From Chitinophaga pinensis (GTDB taxonomy: Bacteria > Pseudomonadota > Gammaproteobacteria > Burkholderiales > Burkholderiaceae_C), in the NCBI GenBank assembly GCA_943326015.2, contig CALPRQ020000008.1, forward strand, positions 4,369 to 68,368: 64,000 bases of DNA, read 5' to 3'. The translations under genes and the position numbers were made by a program. Positions 48,803 through 62,035 of the stretch are shown piece by piece (positions within the stretch are counted from its first letter, which is position 1; the number at the start of each line of letters is the position of its first letter). The notes below the pieces were generated by a model that saw only the letters and a program-made list of their open reading frames with translations, made no database searches and was not told where the DNA came from.

Positions 48803-49318
48803 TCAGAACTTCATGCCGACGCCGATCGTGAAGCCATCGGCCTTGACGTCGTCCTTGTCGTAGGAGCGCAGGTAGTTGGCGCCCAGATAACTGTTCCGGT
48901 CGAAATAGTAGTTGGCCCCCACGCCGTAGGCCCAGTCGCCGTCGCCGCCGCGCAGCGATCTGTAGCCCGGGGCCGAGGTCTTGAGCTTGCTCTCCACGTA
49001 ACCGAGGCGACCGAACAACTCGAAGTTGGGGCTCAGCATGACGCGCGGCTTGGCGAACAGGCCGTAGGCGTGTTCGAGCTCGACCTTGTTGGCGCCGACC
49101 TTGTCGTCCTTGACGCCGAAGGCCAGCATGCCCTCTACCGCGAGGTTCGGATGCACGCCATAGCCGACGACTCCAGTGAGCATACCGAGGTTGACGTCGG
49201 ATAGGTTGCCGTCGACATTCACGGCCGAATAGCCGAGCTCGCCGTACATCTGGGCCTGCGCGTCGACGGCGGCAAAGGCCAGGGCTGCGATCGCAGCAGT
49301 TCTTGCGATGACTTTCAT
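48803..49318 (-). CDS. Small outer-membrane beta-barrel (OmpA-TM/porin family)
   Basis: Signal peptide AQA/Q, alternating amphipathic strands, C-terminal Phe; GGGAG RBS. Confidence 0.82.
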   Translation of the reverse strand: MKVIARTAAIAALAFAAVDAQAQMYGELGYSAVNVDGNLSDVNLGMLTGVVGYGVHPNLAVEGMLAFGVKDDKVGANKVELEHAYGLFAKPRVMLSPNFELFGRLGYVESKLKTSAPGYRSLRGGDGDWAYGVGANYYFDRNSYLGANYLRSYDKDDVKADGFTIGVGMKF

Positions 49319-49453
49319 AATCTCCCTTTCAGTACATGACAGAAGCTCCAGTCTAGCCATGAGGTGGGGATTATTGTTGGATCGTTTACATCATTGTTGC
49401 TCCATGGCAACGACAGGAGGGAGTCGGCGCAATCTGGCCGGATGGTTCGCTCT

Positions 49454-50869
<1,416 letters not shown>

Positions 50870-51006
50870 CAGGCGAATCTAGCAAATTCCACCGGAAAAA
50901 ACCGGTAGCCCGCGCACTGGCACGTGGCGATAATGAACTGCGCCAGCGTCCGGCCTGCCGGATCAGGCGGGGCTCGCTCAAGCTTGCACGAGATACCGGA
51001 GACGAC

Positions 51007-52725
51007 ATGGCCATCACCGCCGCCGACCGCCCCTGGCTGGCCCATTACCCGCCCGGCATGCCGGCCGACATCGATCCCGGCCAGTACCGTTCCCTGGCCG
51101 AGCTGCTGGAGCACAGTTTCGTCCGCTACGCGGACCGCCAGGCCTGCAGCTTCATGGACTGCGATTTCAGCTATGCCGAGCTCGACCGCCATTCGCATGC
51201 GCTGGCGGCCTGCCTGCAGGGCCTGGGCCTGCGGCGCGGCGAGCGGGTCGCGGTCATGCTGCCCAACCTGCCGCAGTATCCGGTCGCGGTGGCCGCCATC
51301 CTGCGCGCCGGCTGCGTGCTGGTCAACGTCAACCCGCTCTACACGCCGCGCGAGCTCGAACAGCAGCTGTGCGATGCGGGCGCCAGCGCCATCGTCGTGC
51401 TCGAACAGTTCGCCGCCACGCTGCAGGCCTGCCTGGCCAACATCCCCGTGCGGCATGTCTTGCTGTGTGCCGTCGGCGACATGCTCGGGCCGTTCCGGGG
51501 CAGGGGGATCGATTTCGTGCTGCGCCATGTGCACAAGCGGGTACCGCCTTACCAGTTGCCACAGGCGCTGCGCTTCAACGACGCGCTGGCGCTGGGTCGC
51601 CGCCTGCCGCTGCAACGTCCCGAAATCGGTCCGGACGATCCGGCGCTGCTGCAGTACACCGGCGGTACCACCGGCGTTCCCAAGGGGGCGCTGTTGCTGC
51701 ACCGCAACCTGGTCGCCAACCTGCTGCAGTCCGGCGCCTGGAACGCACCGGCCTTGCGCCGCCTGCCGCCCGGCGAGCAGGTCTGCTACGTCTGCGCGTT
51801 ACCGCTGCACCATATCTTCGCCTTCACGATCTGCATGATGCTGTGCCTGCACGACGGCGGCCGCTTCGTGCTGATCCCGGACCCGCGCGAGCTGCGCGCC
51901 ATGATCCGGGTGCTGAAGCAGCAGCGCGTCCACATCTTTCCGGGCGTCAACACGCTGTTCCGGGCGCTGCTCGACCAGCCGGATTTCGATCAGGTCGACT
52001 GGAGTCGGCTGCTGGTCACGGTCGGCGGTGGCATGGCGGTGCAGGCCGAGGTGGCGCGCCGCTGGCAGGCGCGCACCGGCTGCCCGCTCTGCGAGGGCTA
52101 CGGCCTGTCCGAGGCCAGCCCGACGGTCAGCTGCCAGCCGGTGGTCGGCGCGGCATTCGACGGATCGATCGGGTTGCCGTTGCCGGGCACCCAGATGATG
52201 TGCATCGACGACGCCGGCACCGAGCTGCCGCCTGGTCAGCCCGGCGAGATCGCGGTCCGCGGACCCCAGGTCATGGCGGGCTACTGGCAGCGCCCGGACG
52301 AAACGGCGCAGGTCATGCTGCCGGGCGGCTGGCTGCGCACCGGTGACATCGGCATCATGGACGAAAGGGGCTTTTTCCGGCTGGTCGACCGCAAGAAGGA
52401 CCTGATCCTGGTCAGCGGCTTCAAGGTCTATCCCAACGAGGTCGAATCTGTCGTGGCCGAGCTGCCCGGCGTGCTCGAGTGCGCGGCGGTCGGCCTGCCC
52501 GATCCGCATTCGGGCGAGCTGGTCGGGCTGTTCGTCATCCGGCGTGATCCGCAGCTCGACGAGCAGCAGATCCGCGAGCATTGCCGCACCCGCCTGACCG
52601 GCTACAAGCGGCCGCGCCGGATCGAATTCCGCGACGCGCTGCCCAGGAACCCGCTCGGCAAGGTGCTGCGGCGCGCGCTGCGCGACGCCGACCCGGGCCG
52701 GTCGAGGCCGGGCCAGGCGCAATAA
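51007..52725 (+). CDS. Long-chain fatty acid--CoA ligase (FadD-like)
   Basis: YTGGTTGVPKG, EGYGLSE, WLRTGDIG, VDRKKD, LGKVLRR. Confidence 0.9.
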   Translation: MAITAADRPWLAHYPPGMPADIDPGQYRSLAELLEHSFVRYADRQACSFMDCDFSYAELDRHSHALAACLQGLGLRRGERVAVMLPNLPQYPVAVAAILRAGCVLVNVNPLYTPRELEQQLCDAGASAIVVLEQFAATLQACLANIPVRHVLLCAVGDMLGPFRGRGIDFVLRHVHKRVPPYQLPQALRFNDALALGRRLPLQRPEIGPDDPALLQYTGGTTGVPKGALLLHRNLVANLLQSGAWNAPALRRLPPGEQVCYVCALPLHHIFAFTICMMLCLHDGGRFVLIPDPRELRAMIRVLKQQRVHIFPGVNTLFRALLDQPDFDQVDWSRLLVTVGGGMAVQAEVARRWQARTGCPLCEGYGLSEASPTVSCQPVVGAAFDGSIGLPLPGTQMMCIDDAGTELPPGQPGEIAVRGPQVMAGYWQRPDETAQVMLPGGWLRTGDIGIMDERGFFRLVDRKKDLILVSGFKVYPNEVESVVAELPGVLECAAVGLPDPHSGELVGLFVIRRDPQLDEQQIREHCRTRLTGYKRPRRIEFRDALPRNPLGKVLRRALRDADPGRSRPGQAQ

Positions 52726-52732
52726 TCGCGCC

Positions 52733-53488
52733 ATGGGACAAAGAATCGCGATCATCAGCGCGCTGCATGAGGAACTGGCCGAGCTGCTGGCCCTCATGCC
52801 CGACGAACACCGGACTGGCGTGGCGGGCCGCCAGTTCTGGCGCGGCCACCTGCACGGGCACGAGGTGATCGCGGTGCTGTCGGGCATCGGCAAGGTGGCG
52901 GCGGCCACCACCACCGCGGTGCTGCTGGAGCGGTTCCGGCCGCAACAGGTCATCTTCACCGGCGTCGCGGGCGGCATCGGTGACGGCGTGGCGGTCGGCG
53001 ACATCGTGGTCGGCAGCCGCTACCTGCAGCACGACATGGACGCCTCGCCGCTGTTCCCGCGCCACGAGCTGCCGGGCTACGGCCGGTCGCGCTTCCCGGC
53101 CGATCCGGCCTTGGTGCGGGTACTGCAGCAGGCTGCCGAGGACGCCGTCGCCTGGCTGCCCGGCCAGCTCGACGCGGCCACGCGCGCGGCCTTTGGCCTG
53201 CATTCGCCGCGTGTGCACAGCGGCAAGATCGTCACCGGCGACCGCTTCGTCGCCACCGAGGCCGAGAGCCGCGCACTGCGCGCCGAACTGCGCGAGGCGC
53301 TGGCGGTCGACATGGAAAGCGGCGCGGTGGCGCAGGTCTGCCATGACTACGCCGTGCCTTTCTGCGCCGTGCGTACCATCTCGGACCGCGCCGATGACCA
53401 GGCCCATGTCGACTTCCCGGCCTTCCTGCAGCAGGTCGCGCGCCACTACAGCGGGCATGTCATCAGCGGGGCGCTGCGCCGGCTCTGA
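52733..53488 (+). CDS. mtnN: MTA/SAH nucleosidase
   Basis: SGIGKVAAA, FTGVAGG, TGDRF, DMESGAVAQV, RTISDRAD. Confidence 0.93.
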   Translation: MGQRIAIISALHEELAELLALMPDEHRTGVAGRQFWRGHLHGHEVIAVLSGIGKVAAATTTAVLLERFRPQQVIFTGVAGGIGDGVAVGDIVVGSRYLQHDMDASPLFPRHELPGYGRSRFPADPALVRVLQQAAEDAVAWLPGQLDAATRAAFGLHSPRVHSGKIVTGDRFVATEAESRALRAELREALAVDMESGAVAQVCHDYAVPFCAVRTISDRADDQAHVDFPAFLQQVARHYSGHVISGALRRL

Positions 53489-53520
53489 GCCGGTTCCACA
53501 ACCCCGGGAGCCCGCTGGCC

Positions 53521-54513
53521 TTACCTCAGCCAGCCCTTCTTGGCGAAGTACCACATCGGCACGGCGGCGCTGGCAATCATCAGCGCGACCACGTAGGGGT
53601 AGCTGGCGATGGGGCCCAGCCATTGCAGTTCCGGGAACTGCAGGTTCATGCCGTAGATGCTGGCGACCAGCGTCGGCGGCAGCAGCGCAACGCTGGCAAC
53701 CGAGAAGATCTTGATGATCTTGTTCTGGTTGATGTTGATGAAGCCGACCGTGGCATCCATCAGGAAGTTGATCTTGTCGAACAGGAAGCCGGTGTGGCTG
53801 TCGAGCGAATCGAGGTCGCGCAGGATCTGGCGCGCATCCTCGAACTGCTCGGCGCCCAGCATGCGGGTGCGCATCATGAAGCTGACCGCGCGTCGGGTGT
53901 CCATCACGTTGCGCCGGATGCGGCCGGCCATGTCCTGGTGGCGCGCGATCGCGGCCAGCGCCTCGCCGGCCATCTCGTCGCTCACGTTGCCAGCCAGCAC
54001 CTTGCGGCTGACCTCGTCGAGCTCGTCGTAGATGCCCTCGACCGTGTCGGCGCAGTATTCGGCATCGGTGTCGAACAGGCTCAGCAGCACGTCCTTGGCA
54101 TCGGCGATCAGGCCCGGCATGCGGCGCGCGCGCAGGCGCAGCAGGCGGAACACCGGCACGTCCTCGTCGTGGATCGAGAACAGCACGCCGTGGCTGTTGA
54201 GCTCGGGGTTCTGCTGGTTCAGGATGAAGGCCACCCGCACCGAGCGCGGCTTTTCCTCGTCATCGATCAGGAAGTCGGAGCGGATATGCAGCTCGCCGTT
54301 GTCTTCCTCGAAGAAGCGCGCCGACTCCTCGATGTCCTCGTCCATCGCGTCCTCGGGGATCGAGAGGCCGAAATGCTGGCGCACCCAGCGCCGCTCCTCG
54401 GGCGTGGGCGATTCGAGGTCGACCCAGATCGGCTTGAAGCGGGTCAGTTCCTCCAGGGATTCGATTTCTTCCTGGAACAGGCGGCCATTGGCCAGGGTGA
54501 AGATGTTGAGCAT
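53521..54513 (-). CDS. corA: Magnesium/cobalt transporter CorA
   Basis: IEESARFF, PPTLVASIYGMN (GMN signature), two C-terminal TM helices. Confidence 0.95.
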   Translation of the reverse strand: MLNIFTLANGRLFQEEIESLEELTRFKPIWVDLESPTPEERRWVRQHFGLSIPEDAMDEDIEESARFFEEDNGELHIRSDFLIDDEEKPRSVRVAFILNQQNPELNSHGVLFSIHDEDVPVFRLLRLRARRMPGLIADAKDVLLSLFDTDAEYCADTVEGIYDELDEVSRKVLAGNVSDEMAGEALAAIARHQDMAGRIRRNVMDTRRAVSFMMRTRMLGAEQFEDARQILRDLDSLDSHTGFLFDKINFLMDATVGFININQNKIIKIFSVASVALLPPTLVASIYGMNLQFPELQWLGPIASYPYVVALMIASAAVPMWYFAKKGWLR

Positions 54514-54695
54514 GGGTGGGCTCCCGGGGTATGTGGGGGGAGGCGAACAGCGTTCGCGAGGGCGGCGAGGTGCTTTCAGCCGCCAGCCCGGCCCCCAGAC
54601 CGGCCCTAGCCGGTGTCAGGAGCGCAGCGCCGGCACTGAAAGCAAGCGACTGGGGCTGCTTTCCATGAGGTTTTCCGGTGGTGAGTTCAACCCGG

Positions 54696-54704
54696 ATTAT
54701 GGCA
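54696..54704 (-). promoter_or_regulatory. Putative extended -10 promoter of corA
   Basis: TG-C-CATAAT on the minus strand, ~180 nt upstream of the ATG. Confidence 0.4.
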
Positions 54705-54805
54705 TCTGAGTCGGCGCTTTTCCGGGCCTGGCCGACCCGTCACGCAAGGAATCCGATCTGGGTCAACGGTCATGAAAATGGCGATCGAAAAAAGGGGAAA
54801 CCCGC

Positions 54806-54834
54806 TTGTCAGCCCCGGCCCAAGCCGGCATAGT
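54806..54834 (+). promoter_or_regulatory. Putative sigma70 promoter of hpf
   Basis: TTGTCA-N17-CATAGT. Confidence 0.45.
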
Positions 54835-54907
54835 GGAGTCGGAAATCGCGATTTCCGCCGCTGTCCCAGAATGGCGGCATGGTCAATCCGAGCATAGGAG
54901 TTTCTGT

Positions 54908-55240
54908 ATGAACCTGACGATCAGCGGTCATCACCTCGAAGTCACGCCAGCCTTGCGCAACTACGTTGCCGAAAAACTCGACCGCATCACCCGACATTTC
55001 GATCAGGTCGTCGACATCAAGGTCCTGCTGTCGGTGGACAAGCTCACCGAGAAGGACCTGCGCCAGAAGGCCGAATGCAACATCCACATCAAGGGCAAGG
55101 ACATCCACGCCGAGAGCACGCACGCCGATCTCTACGCTGCGGTCGATGAACTCGCCGACAAGCTCGACCGCCAGGTGCTGCGCCACAAGGACAAGCTGCA
55201 GGAGCATCACCACGAGAGTGCCAAGCGCACCCTGCAGTGA
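54908..55240 (+). CDS. hpf: Ribosome hibernation promoting factor
   Basis: [24 protein letters not shown]...KLDRQV; AGGAG RBS. Confidence 0.95.
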   Translation: MNLTISGHHLEVTPALRNYVAEKLDRITRHFDQVVDIKVLLSVDKLTEKDLRQKAECNIHIKGKDIHAESTHADLYAAVDELADKLDRQVLRHKDKLQEHHHESAKRTLQ

Positions 55241-55274
55241 GTTCTGGCCCGCTGTGGCACAATGCCCATAGCGC

Positions 55275-55307
55275 AAAAAGCCGCTTGACGCCTCAAGCGG
55301 CTTTTTT
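55275..55307. terminator. Bidirectional-type intrinsic terminator after hpf
   Basis: AAAAAGCCGCTTGA-cgcc-TCAAGCGGCTTTTTT. Confidence 0.85.
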
Positions 55308-55370
55308 CGTTTTTCCGCGTCTGCTTGATGTGGTTAGGCATAATTTCCGCTTCTCCCCCGAGGCTGTCAC

Positions 55371-55841
55371 ATGAATCGACTCTCTGTCATATTGCCTGCT
55401 GACCAAGTCCTGGTGGCTGTCGACGCCACCAGCAAGAAACGTGCGTTCGAGGAAGCGGGTCTGCTGTTCGAAGCGCTGCATGGCCTCAATCGGGCCCTGG
55501 TCACCGACAGCCTGTTTGCCCGCGAGCGCCTGGGCTCGACCGGCCTGGGCCATGGCGTGGCGATTCCGCATGGCCGCATCAAGGGCCTCAAGCAGCCGCT
55601 GGCGGCGGTGTTCCAGCTGGCGCACCCGATCGGCTTCGACGCGCCCGACGAGCAGCCCGTCAACCTGCTGATCTTCCTGCTGGTGCCCGAGGCTTCGACC
55701 CAGAAGCACCTGGAGATCCTGTCCGAGATCGCCGAGCTGCTCAGCGACAGCGTGCTGCGCGAGCGCATGAAGAGCAGCGGCGACGCGGCCGGGTTGCACC
55801 AGCTGATCGCCAGCTGGCAATCGGTCCACAGCGCCGCCTGA
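55371..55841 (+). CDS. ptsN: PTS EIIA(Ntr)
   Basis: [19 protein letters not shown] with the phospho-His. Confidence 0.94.
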   Translation: MNRLSVILPADQVLVAVDATSKKRAFEEAGLLFEALHGLNRALVTDSLFARERLGSTGLGHGVAIPHGRIKGLKQPLAAVFQLAHPIGFDAPDEQPVNLLIFLLVPEASTQKHLEILSEIAELLSDSVLRERMKSSGDAAGLHQLIASWQSVHSAA

Positions 55842-55851
55842 GGCCAGCCCG

Positions 55852-56805
55852 ATGAAACCCAAGGTCATCAGCGCCGACGCACTGTTCGAGGACCATCGTG
55901 AAAGCCTGGGCTGGCAGTGGCTGGCCGGGCAGAGCGCCTCCGAGCGCCGCTTCGACGAGGTCGCGATCCAGCAGGCGCGTTCGAGCGCCGACCTGGTCGG
56001 CCACCTCAACTACATCCACCCCTACCGCATCCAGGTGCTGGGCGAGCGCGAGGTGCGCTATCTGGTCCACTCGGGCCAGGATGACTGCCGGCGCCGGGTC
56101 TCGCGCATCGTCACGCTTGAGCCGCCGGTGCTGGTGGTGGCCGACGGCCAGCCGGCGCCCGATGCGCTGGTCTCGATGTGCGAGCGCGCGCATATTCCGC
56201 TGTTCTCGACCCAGGGTTCATCGGCCCATGTGATCGACGTGTTGCGCGCCTATCTGGCGCGCCATTTCGCCGAGCGCGCCACGCTGCACGGTGTCTTCAT
56301 GGACATCCTGAGCATCGGCGTGCTGATCACGGGCGAGTCCGGCCTGGGCAAGAGCGAGCTCGGTCTCGAGCTGATCTCGCGCGGCAACGGCCTGGTGGCC
56401 GATGACGCGGTCGACCTCTACCGCGTCAACCAGAACACGATCGAAGGCCGCTGCCCCGAGCTGCTGCAGAACCTGCTCGAGGTGCGCGGCATCGGCCTGC
56501 TCGACATCAAGGCCATCTTCGGCGAGACCGCGGTACGGCGCAAGATGCGGCTCAAGCTGATCGTGCACCTGGTGCGCAAGGAGACGATGGAGCGCGACTA
56601 CGAGCGCATGCCGTCCGAGCCGCTGTATCAGGATGTGCTGGGGGTGCCGGTGCGCAAGGCCGTGATCCAGGTCGTGGCCGGCCGCAACATCGCGGTGCTG
56701 GTCGAGGCCGCCGTGCGCAACACCATCCTGCAGCTGCGCGGCATCGACACCTACGCCGAGTTCGCGCAGCGCCAGCGCGAGGCGATGGAACGCGGCCTGC
56801 GCTGA
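55852..56805 (+). CDS. hprK: HPr kinase/phosphorylase
   Basis: GESGLGKSE Walker [16 protein letters not shown]. Confidence 0.95.
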   Translation: MKPKVISADALFEDHRESLGWQWLAGQSASERRFDEVAIQQARSSADLVGHLNYIHPYRIQVLGEREVRYLVHSGQDDCRRRVSRIVTLEPPVLVVADGQPAPDALVSMCERAHIPLFSTQGSSAHVIDVLRAYLARHFAERATLHGVFMDILSIGVLITGESGLGKSELGLELISRGNGLVADDAVDLYRVNQNTIEGRCPELLQNLLEVRGIGLLDIKAIFGETAVRRKMRLKLIVHLVRKETMERDYERMPSEPLYQDVLGVPVRKAVIQVVAGRNIAVLVEAAVRNTILQLRGIDTYAEFAQRQREAMERGLR

Positions 56806-56827
56806 AGCGCTCCCGCCGAGGCCGGTT

Positions 56828-57265
56828 TCAGCGCCGGCTGCGACTGCGGTGCTCGCAGTCTGGCTTGTTGCAGCTGGCGTATAGCGACAGCGCGTGTTCC
56901 TGCAGCTTGAAGCCGCGCTCCTGCGCGATCTGGTGCTGGCGCTGCTCGATCTCGGGGTCGTAGAACTCCTCGACCCGGCCGCAGTCCAGGCAGACCAGGT
57001 GGTCGTGGTGCTGGCCCTCGTTGAGTTCGTAGACCGCCTTGCCCGACTCGAAGCTGCTGCGCGTCAGCAGGCCGGCCTGCTCGAACTGCATCAGCACCCG
57101 GTAGACGGTGGCCAGCCCGATGTCGGAGCGGCCTTCGAGCAGCACGCGGAACACGTCCTCGGCCGTCATGTGGCGCTGGCGGCTGTTCTGGAACACTTCC
57201 AGGATCTTGAGGCGCGGCAGGGTGGCTTTGAGTCCGGTGCTTTTGAGTTCTTCGATGTTGGACAT
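56828..57265 (-). CDS. fur: Ferric uptake regulator
   Basis: [28 protein letters not shown], CxxC; start MSNIEEL. Confidence 0.96.
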   Translation of the reverse strand: MSNIEELKSTGLKATLPRLKILEVFQNSRQRHMTAEDVFRVLLEGRSDIGLATVYRVLMQFEQAGLLTRSSFESGKAVYELNEGQHHDHLVCLDCGRVEEFYDPEIEQRQHQIAQERGFKLQEHALSLYASCNKPDCEHRSRSRR

Positions 57266-57415
57266 GGGTGGCTGACTCGGAGGAGGGCGCTTCGGCCCGC
57301 GCCCGGCAAGGGTAATGGCCGGTGCCAGCCCCGCCATGCCCCAAGGGCTACAATGCCCCGGATCATATCGCCATGCGCCTCCGGCCGCGCAGGTTCACCT
57401 ATTGACCGCAGAGAC

Positions 57416-57988
57416 ATGATGTTCAAACCTCGCACCATGCGCACCGCCTTGACCGGCGCCACCGTGCTCGCCGTTTCGGCCCTGCTGGCTCTCTCCGGCT
57501 GCTCCAGCGCGGACAAGGTCGGTACCGCCGTCGGTTCGCTCGGTGGCGTGCTGACGCCCTACAAGAGCGATGTGCTGCAGGGCAATGTCGTCACGCGCGA
57601 GCAGGTCCAGGCCCTGCAGCCCGGCATGCCGCGCGAGCAGGTGCGCAGCATCCTGGGCACGCCGCTGCTGGCCAGCGCCTTCCACGCCGACCGCTGGGAC
57701 TATGTCTTCACCTTCCGCCGCCAGGGCCAGCTGCCACAGCAGCGCAAGGTGACCGTGTTCTTCCGCCAGGATGCGCTCGAGCGCGTGCAGGCCGACGAAC
57801 TGCCTTCCGAGCAGGAGTTCGTCTCGTCGCTCGATGTGCGACGCAAGGGTGACCAGGTGCCGCCGCTGCAGGCGACCGAGGCTGAACTCAAGGCTTTCGC
57901 CGACAAGAACCGCCAGCCGGCCGAGCCCGAGCAACCCGCCCCGGCCGCCGCCCCCGCGGCGAGCTACCCGCCCCTCGAATCCCGTTAA
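57416..57988 (+). CDS. bamE: Outer-membrane assembly lipoprotein BamE
   Basis: Lipobox LSGC, QGNVVT, GMPREQV...LGTPL, RWDYVF; divergent from fur. Confidence 0.93.
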   Translation: MMFKPRTMRTALTGATVLAVSALLALSGCSSADKVGTAVGSLGGVLTPYKSDVLQGNVVTREQVQALQPGMPREQVRSILGTPLLASAFHADRWDYVFTFRRQGQLPQQRKVTVFFRQDALERVQADELPSEQEFVSSLDVRRKGDQVPPLQATEAELKAFADKNRQPAEPEQPAPAAAPAASYPPLESR

Positions 57989-57994
57989 TCCGCC

Positions 57995-58804
57995 ATGAGC
58001 AACCACCAACTTCGCGTCTGCATCGCAGGCGCCAGCGGCCGCATGGGCCGCATGCTGATCGAAGCCGTCCAGGAAGCCGACGACTGCCAGCTGAGCGCCG
58101 CGCTCGACCGGGCTGGCAGCCCTGCGCTGGGCCTGGATGCCAGCGGCTTCATGGGCCAGGCCAGCGGCGTGGCCATCGCGTCCGACCTGGACTCGATCGC
58201 CGGCAGCCAGTACCTGATCGACTTCACCCGTCCCGAGGGCACGATGGAGCATCTGCGCGCCTGCGTCCGGCATGGCGTCAAGCTGATCATCGGCACCACC
58301 GGTTTTACCGACGAGCAGAAGGCCGAGATCGCCGAAGCCGCCAAGACCATCTCGATCGTGATGGCGCCGAACATGAGCGTCGGCGTCAACGTCACGCTGA
58401 AACTGCTCGAAATGGCGGCCAAGGCGCTGAGCACGGGCTACGACATCGAGATCGTCGAGGCGCACCACCGCCACAAGGTCGATGCGCCCAGCGGTACCGC
58501 GCTCAAGATGGGCGAGGTGATCGCCGACGCGCTGGGCCGCGACCTCAAGGACTGCGCGGTCTACGAGCGCTACGGCCACACCGGCGAGCGCGATCCGTCG
58601 AGCATCGGCTTTGCGACCGTGCGCGGCGGCGACGTGGTGGGCGACCACAACGTGATGTTCCTGGGCACCGGCGACCGGATCGAGATCACGCACAAGTCCA
58701 GCAGCCGCGCCACCTATGCCCAGGGCAGCCTGCGCGCCGCGCGCTTCCTGACCAACAAGCCCAACGGCCTGTACGATATGTTCGACGTGCTCGGCCTGCG
58801 CTGA
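57995..58804 (+). CDS. dapB: 4-hydroxy-tetrahydrodipicolinate reductase
   Basis: [31 protein letters not shown]. Confidence 0.96.
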   Translation: MSNHQLRVCIAGASGRMGRMLIEAVQEADDCQLSAALDRAGSPALGLDASGFMGQASGVAIASDLDSIAGSQYLIDFTRPEGTMEHLRACVRHGVKLIIGTTGFTDEQKAEIAEAAKTISIVMAPNMSVGVNVTLKLLEMAAKALSTGYDIEIVEAHHRHKVDAPSGTALKMGEVIADALGRDLKDCAVYERYGHTGERDPSSIGFATVRGGDVVGDHNVMFLGTGDRIEITHKSSSRATYAQGSLRAARFLTNKPNGLYDMFDVLGLR

Positions 58805-58842
58805 GGCAAGCCCGGGCAGTTCACCAGACTGCAGAGCACCGC

Positions 58843-61800
58843 ATGAACCTATTCGGCATTGGGCAGGGCCAGGGCAGTCAGCTGGACGACGGCAATCGAC
58901 ACGAGCTGACCGGCTTGTGGGTGTTTCTTTCGCTGGCGCTGGCGATCATGGCGCTGGCGCGCACCGAGCATTACCTGCTGTTCCACACGATGGCCGAGAT
59001 CATCGCCATCATGGTGAATTTCTCGGTGTTCTCGCTCGCCTGGGCCACTCGCCGCCACCTGCCCAACGGCTATCTGATCTTGCTGGGATCGGCCTATGGT
59101 GCGATCGGCGTGGTCGATATCTTCCATGCCCTGACCTTCCAGGGCATGACCCTGCTGCCGGGCGTCACGGCGAGTCACCCGTCCCAGTTCTGGTTGATCG
59201 CCCGTTCGATCGAGGCGCTTGCCGTCGTGCTGGCGCCACTGGTCATCCGCCGTCAAGTGGATTTCCTGCGCCCGGCCCTGGCGTTCGGTCTGGTCGCTGG
59301 CATCGGTGTGCTCTCGGTGCTCAAGGGCTGGTTTCCTGAAACCTTCGAGGACGGGGTAGGCCTGACGAACTTCAAGATCGTCGTGGAATACCTGATCATC
59401 GACCTGACGCTGGTCGGCTTGTTGCTGCTGTGGCGCAGCCGGGACTGCTTTTCGAAAAAGGTCTTCCACCTGCTCGTGGCCTCGCTGCTGGCGGCGGCGA
59501 TCACGGAATTTTGCTTCACCCGGTATGTCAATTTCTACGACTTCGCGAACGAAGCCGGACATTATTTTCGCCTCTTCTCCGTCGTCTTCGTCTACCTGGC
59601 GATCGTTGCCACCGGCGTGCGGCAGCCGGCCAAACGGCTCTTTGCCCAGCTGAAGGCGAAGGAACAGAGCCTGCAGGATGCGAACGCCCGTTTGCTCGAA
59701 ACCAGCAAGCAACTCAAGCAGGCGCAAGCCATTGCCCATCTCGGCAGCTGGTATCTGGACATTCCGAACCACCAGCTGATCTGGTCAGAAGAGACCTACC
59801 GCTTGTTTGGTGTCGCGCAGGGTGCGCCGGTGAGCGTGGAGCTGTTCTTTTCCTACGTTGCGCCGGAAGACCGGTCTGCCGTATCCGAAGCCTGGGCTGC
59901 CGCGCTGGCGGGTGCTAGGTACGACATCGAACACCGCATCGTCGTGGCGGGCGAGACACGCTGGGTCCGGGAGCGGGCCGAGATCAGGCGCAGCGCCACC
60001 GGTGCTCCACTCGAGGGCGTGGGCACCGTGCAGGACATCACCGAGCGGGTGCAGACGGAGCGTATCCTGCGCGAAAGCGAGGACCGCCTGCGCGCGATCA
60101 TCGATGCCTCGCCGGTACCGATGGCCATCAACAGCGCGCAGCAGGTGACCTCCGTGAACCAGGCTTTTGTCAAGGTGCTGGGATACACCACCGATGACGT
60201 TCCGACCGTCGAGGCTTTCCGGATCCAGGCTTATCCCGATCCGGACTATCGCCAGCAGGTGACCGAGGCGTGGCGGGCCCGTCGCGCCAAGGTCATTCGC
60301 GACGGCACACCGTTCGAGCCGATCGAATTGCGCATCCGTTGCAAGGACGGCAGTTTCAAGACGGTGCTCGGTGAATCGGCCCTGCTGCCAGGGCTGGACC
60401 TGCATCTGGCCACGCTGGTGGACATCACCCCGCAAAAGAATGCCTTGGCACGCATGGAGGTCCTGCTGGAGACGGCTACCGATGGCATCCATATCCTCGA
60501 CGAGGTGGGCAATCTGGTGGAATGCAGCCCGTCCTTTGCGCGCATGCTGGGCTACGCGGAGCAGGAAATCCGTGGCCTGAATGTGGCCGACTGGGACAAC
60601 CTGCTGCCCAAGGACAGCTTGATGGTCGAGATCCGCAACCTGATGAAGCAGCCGGCTGTCTTCGAAACCCGCCATTGCTGCAAGGATGGCTCGATCTTGG
60701 AGGTGGAGATCAGCGCCAAGGGCATCCTGCTCGACGGTCATCCCTATCTGTATGCCTCGAGCCGCGACATCACGGAGCGCAAGCGCCTGGAGTCGGGCCT
60801 GGTGGTCGCCAAGGAGGCAGCCGAAGCGGCCAACCTGGCCAAGAGCCAGTTCCTGGCCACCATGTCGCACGAAATCCGCACGCCGATGAACGGCATCCTC
60901 GGCATGGCGCAGCTGCTGTTGCCGCCCACGCTGCCGGATGCCGAACGGATCGACTACGCCCGCACCATTCTCAATTCCGGCCAGACGCTGCTGACGCTGC
61001 TGAACGACATCCTCGACATGGCCAAGGTCGATGCGGGCAAGCTGGTGCTTGAGGCGACTGTCTTTGATCCGGTCCAGATGCTGGGCGAGCTCCAGTCGCT
61101 TTTTGCCACCTCGGCGCACAGCAAGGGGCTGACCATCGAATGCCGCTGGCACGGAGAGGCCAGGCACTATCGTGGCGATCCGCATCGGCTGTTCCAGATG
61201 GCGTCCAATCTCATCACCAATGCCATCAAGTTCACGCCACAGGGTTCGGTCCTGGTCGAGGCCGGCGAACAGGCCTCGCAGGATGGCAGGACCCTGGTGA
61301 AGTTCAAGGTCTCGGACACGGGCATAGGCGTTCCGGCCGACCGACTGCCCTATCTGTTCACCCCCTTCACCCAGGCCGACAGTTCGATGACCCGCAAGTA
61401 CGGCGGCACGGGCCTGGGCTTGTCGATCGTCCGCAGCCTGGCTCAACTGATGGGCGGCCAGGTCGGGGTGGAGAGCGAAGTCGGCCAAGGTTCCAGCTTC
61501 TGGTTCGAGATCTGTCTGGAAAAGGTTGGCCAGGTCGAGGAGCGTCGCCGGAATGCGCGGGCCGGCGTTGCCAATGAAGGCGGGGACCAGGTCGAGCGGC
61601 TGACGGGCCGCATCCTCGTCGTCGAGGACAACGCCACCAATCGCCTCGTCATTCATTCCATGCTGAGAAAGATGGGACTGGAAGTCGCGATCGCGGAGGA
61701 CGGGCTGCAGGGTGTCGCGGCGGTGCAGGACAGCCCAGCCTTTGACCTGGTCATCATGGACATACAGATGCCGGTGATGGATGGCCGTTCCGCCACCCGG

Positions 61801-61986
61801 GCCATCCGTGAATGGGAGTGCCGCGAACAACGCGCCCGCCTGCCCATCATCGCCTTGACCGCCGACGCCTATGAAGCCGACCGCCAGCAGGCCCTTGCTG
61901 CGGGCATGGACGACTTCCTGGCCAAGCCGGTCATCTACGAGGCTTTGCGCACGGCCTTGCTGCGCTGGCTGCCCAAGCGGGGCTGA
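58843..61986 (+). CDS. MASE3-PAS-PAS-PAS hybrid histidine kinase with REC
   Basis: Membrane N-terminus [10 protein letters not shown] (MASE3-like), three PAS domains, [31 protein letters not shown]. Confidence 0.87.
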   Translation: MNLFGIGQGQGSQLDDGNRHELTGLWVFLSLALAIMALARTEHYLLFHTMAEIIAIMVNFSVFSLAWATRRHLPNGYLILLGSAYGAIGVVDIFHALTFQGMTLLPGVTASHPSQFWLIARSIEALAVVLAPLVIRRQVDFLRPALAFGLVAGIGVLSVLKGWFPETFEDGVGLTNFKIVVEYLIIDLTLVGLLLLWRSRDCFSKKVFHLLVASLLAAAITEFCFTRYVNFYDFANEAGHYFRLFSVVFVYLAIVATGVRQPAKRLFAQLKAKEQSLQDANARLLETSKQLKQAQAIAHLGSWYLDIPNHQLIWSEETYRLFGVAQGAPVSVELFFSYVAPEDRSAVSEAWAAALAGARYDIEHRIVVAGETRWVRERAEIRRSATGAPLEGVGTVQDITERVQTERILRESEDRLRAIIDASPVPMAINSAQQVTSVNQAFVKVLGYTTDDVPTVEAFRIQAYPDPDYRQQVTEAWRARRAKVIRDGTPFEPIELRIRCKDGSFKTVLGESALLPGLDLHLATLVDITPQKNALARMEVLLETATDGIHILDEVGNLVECSPSFARMLGYAEQEIRGLNVADWDNLLPKDSLMVEIRNLMKQPAVFETRHCCKDGSILEVEISAKGILLDGHPYLYASSRDITERKRLESGLVVAKEAAEAANLAKSQFLATMSHEIRTPMNGILGMAQLLLPPTLPDAERIDYARTILNSGQTLLTLLNDILDMAKVDAGKLVLEATVFDPVQMLGELQSLFATSAHSKGLTIECRWHGEARHYRGDPHRLFQMASNLITNAIKFTPQGSVLVEAGEQASQDGRTLVKFKVSDTGIGVPADRLPYLFTPFTQADSSMTRKYGGTGLGLSIVRSLAQLMGGQVGVESEVGQGSSFWFEICLEKVGQVEERRRNARAGVANEGGDQVERLTGRILVVEDNATNRLVIHSMLRKMGLEVAIAEDGLQGVAAVQDSPAFDLVIMDIQMPVMDGRSATRAIREWECREQRARLPIIALTADAYEADRQQALAAGMDDFLAKPVIYEALRTALLRWLPKRG

Positions 61987-62035
61987 GGCCAGTCGCTGCA
62001 GGGTTCAGTGCAGCGCCATGCGGACAACGGCCTAA

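Noticed and set aside
50919-50935. Sigma-54 promoter (TGGCAC) upstream of fadD
   Set aside because: No GC at the -12 position.
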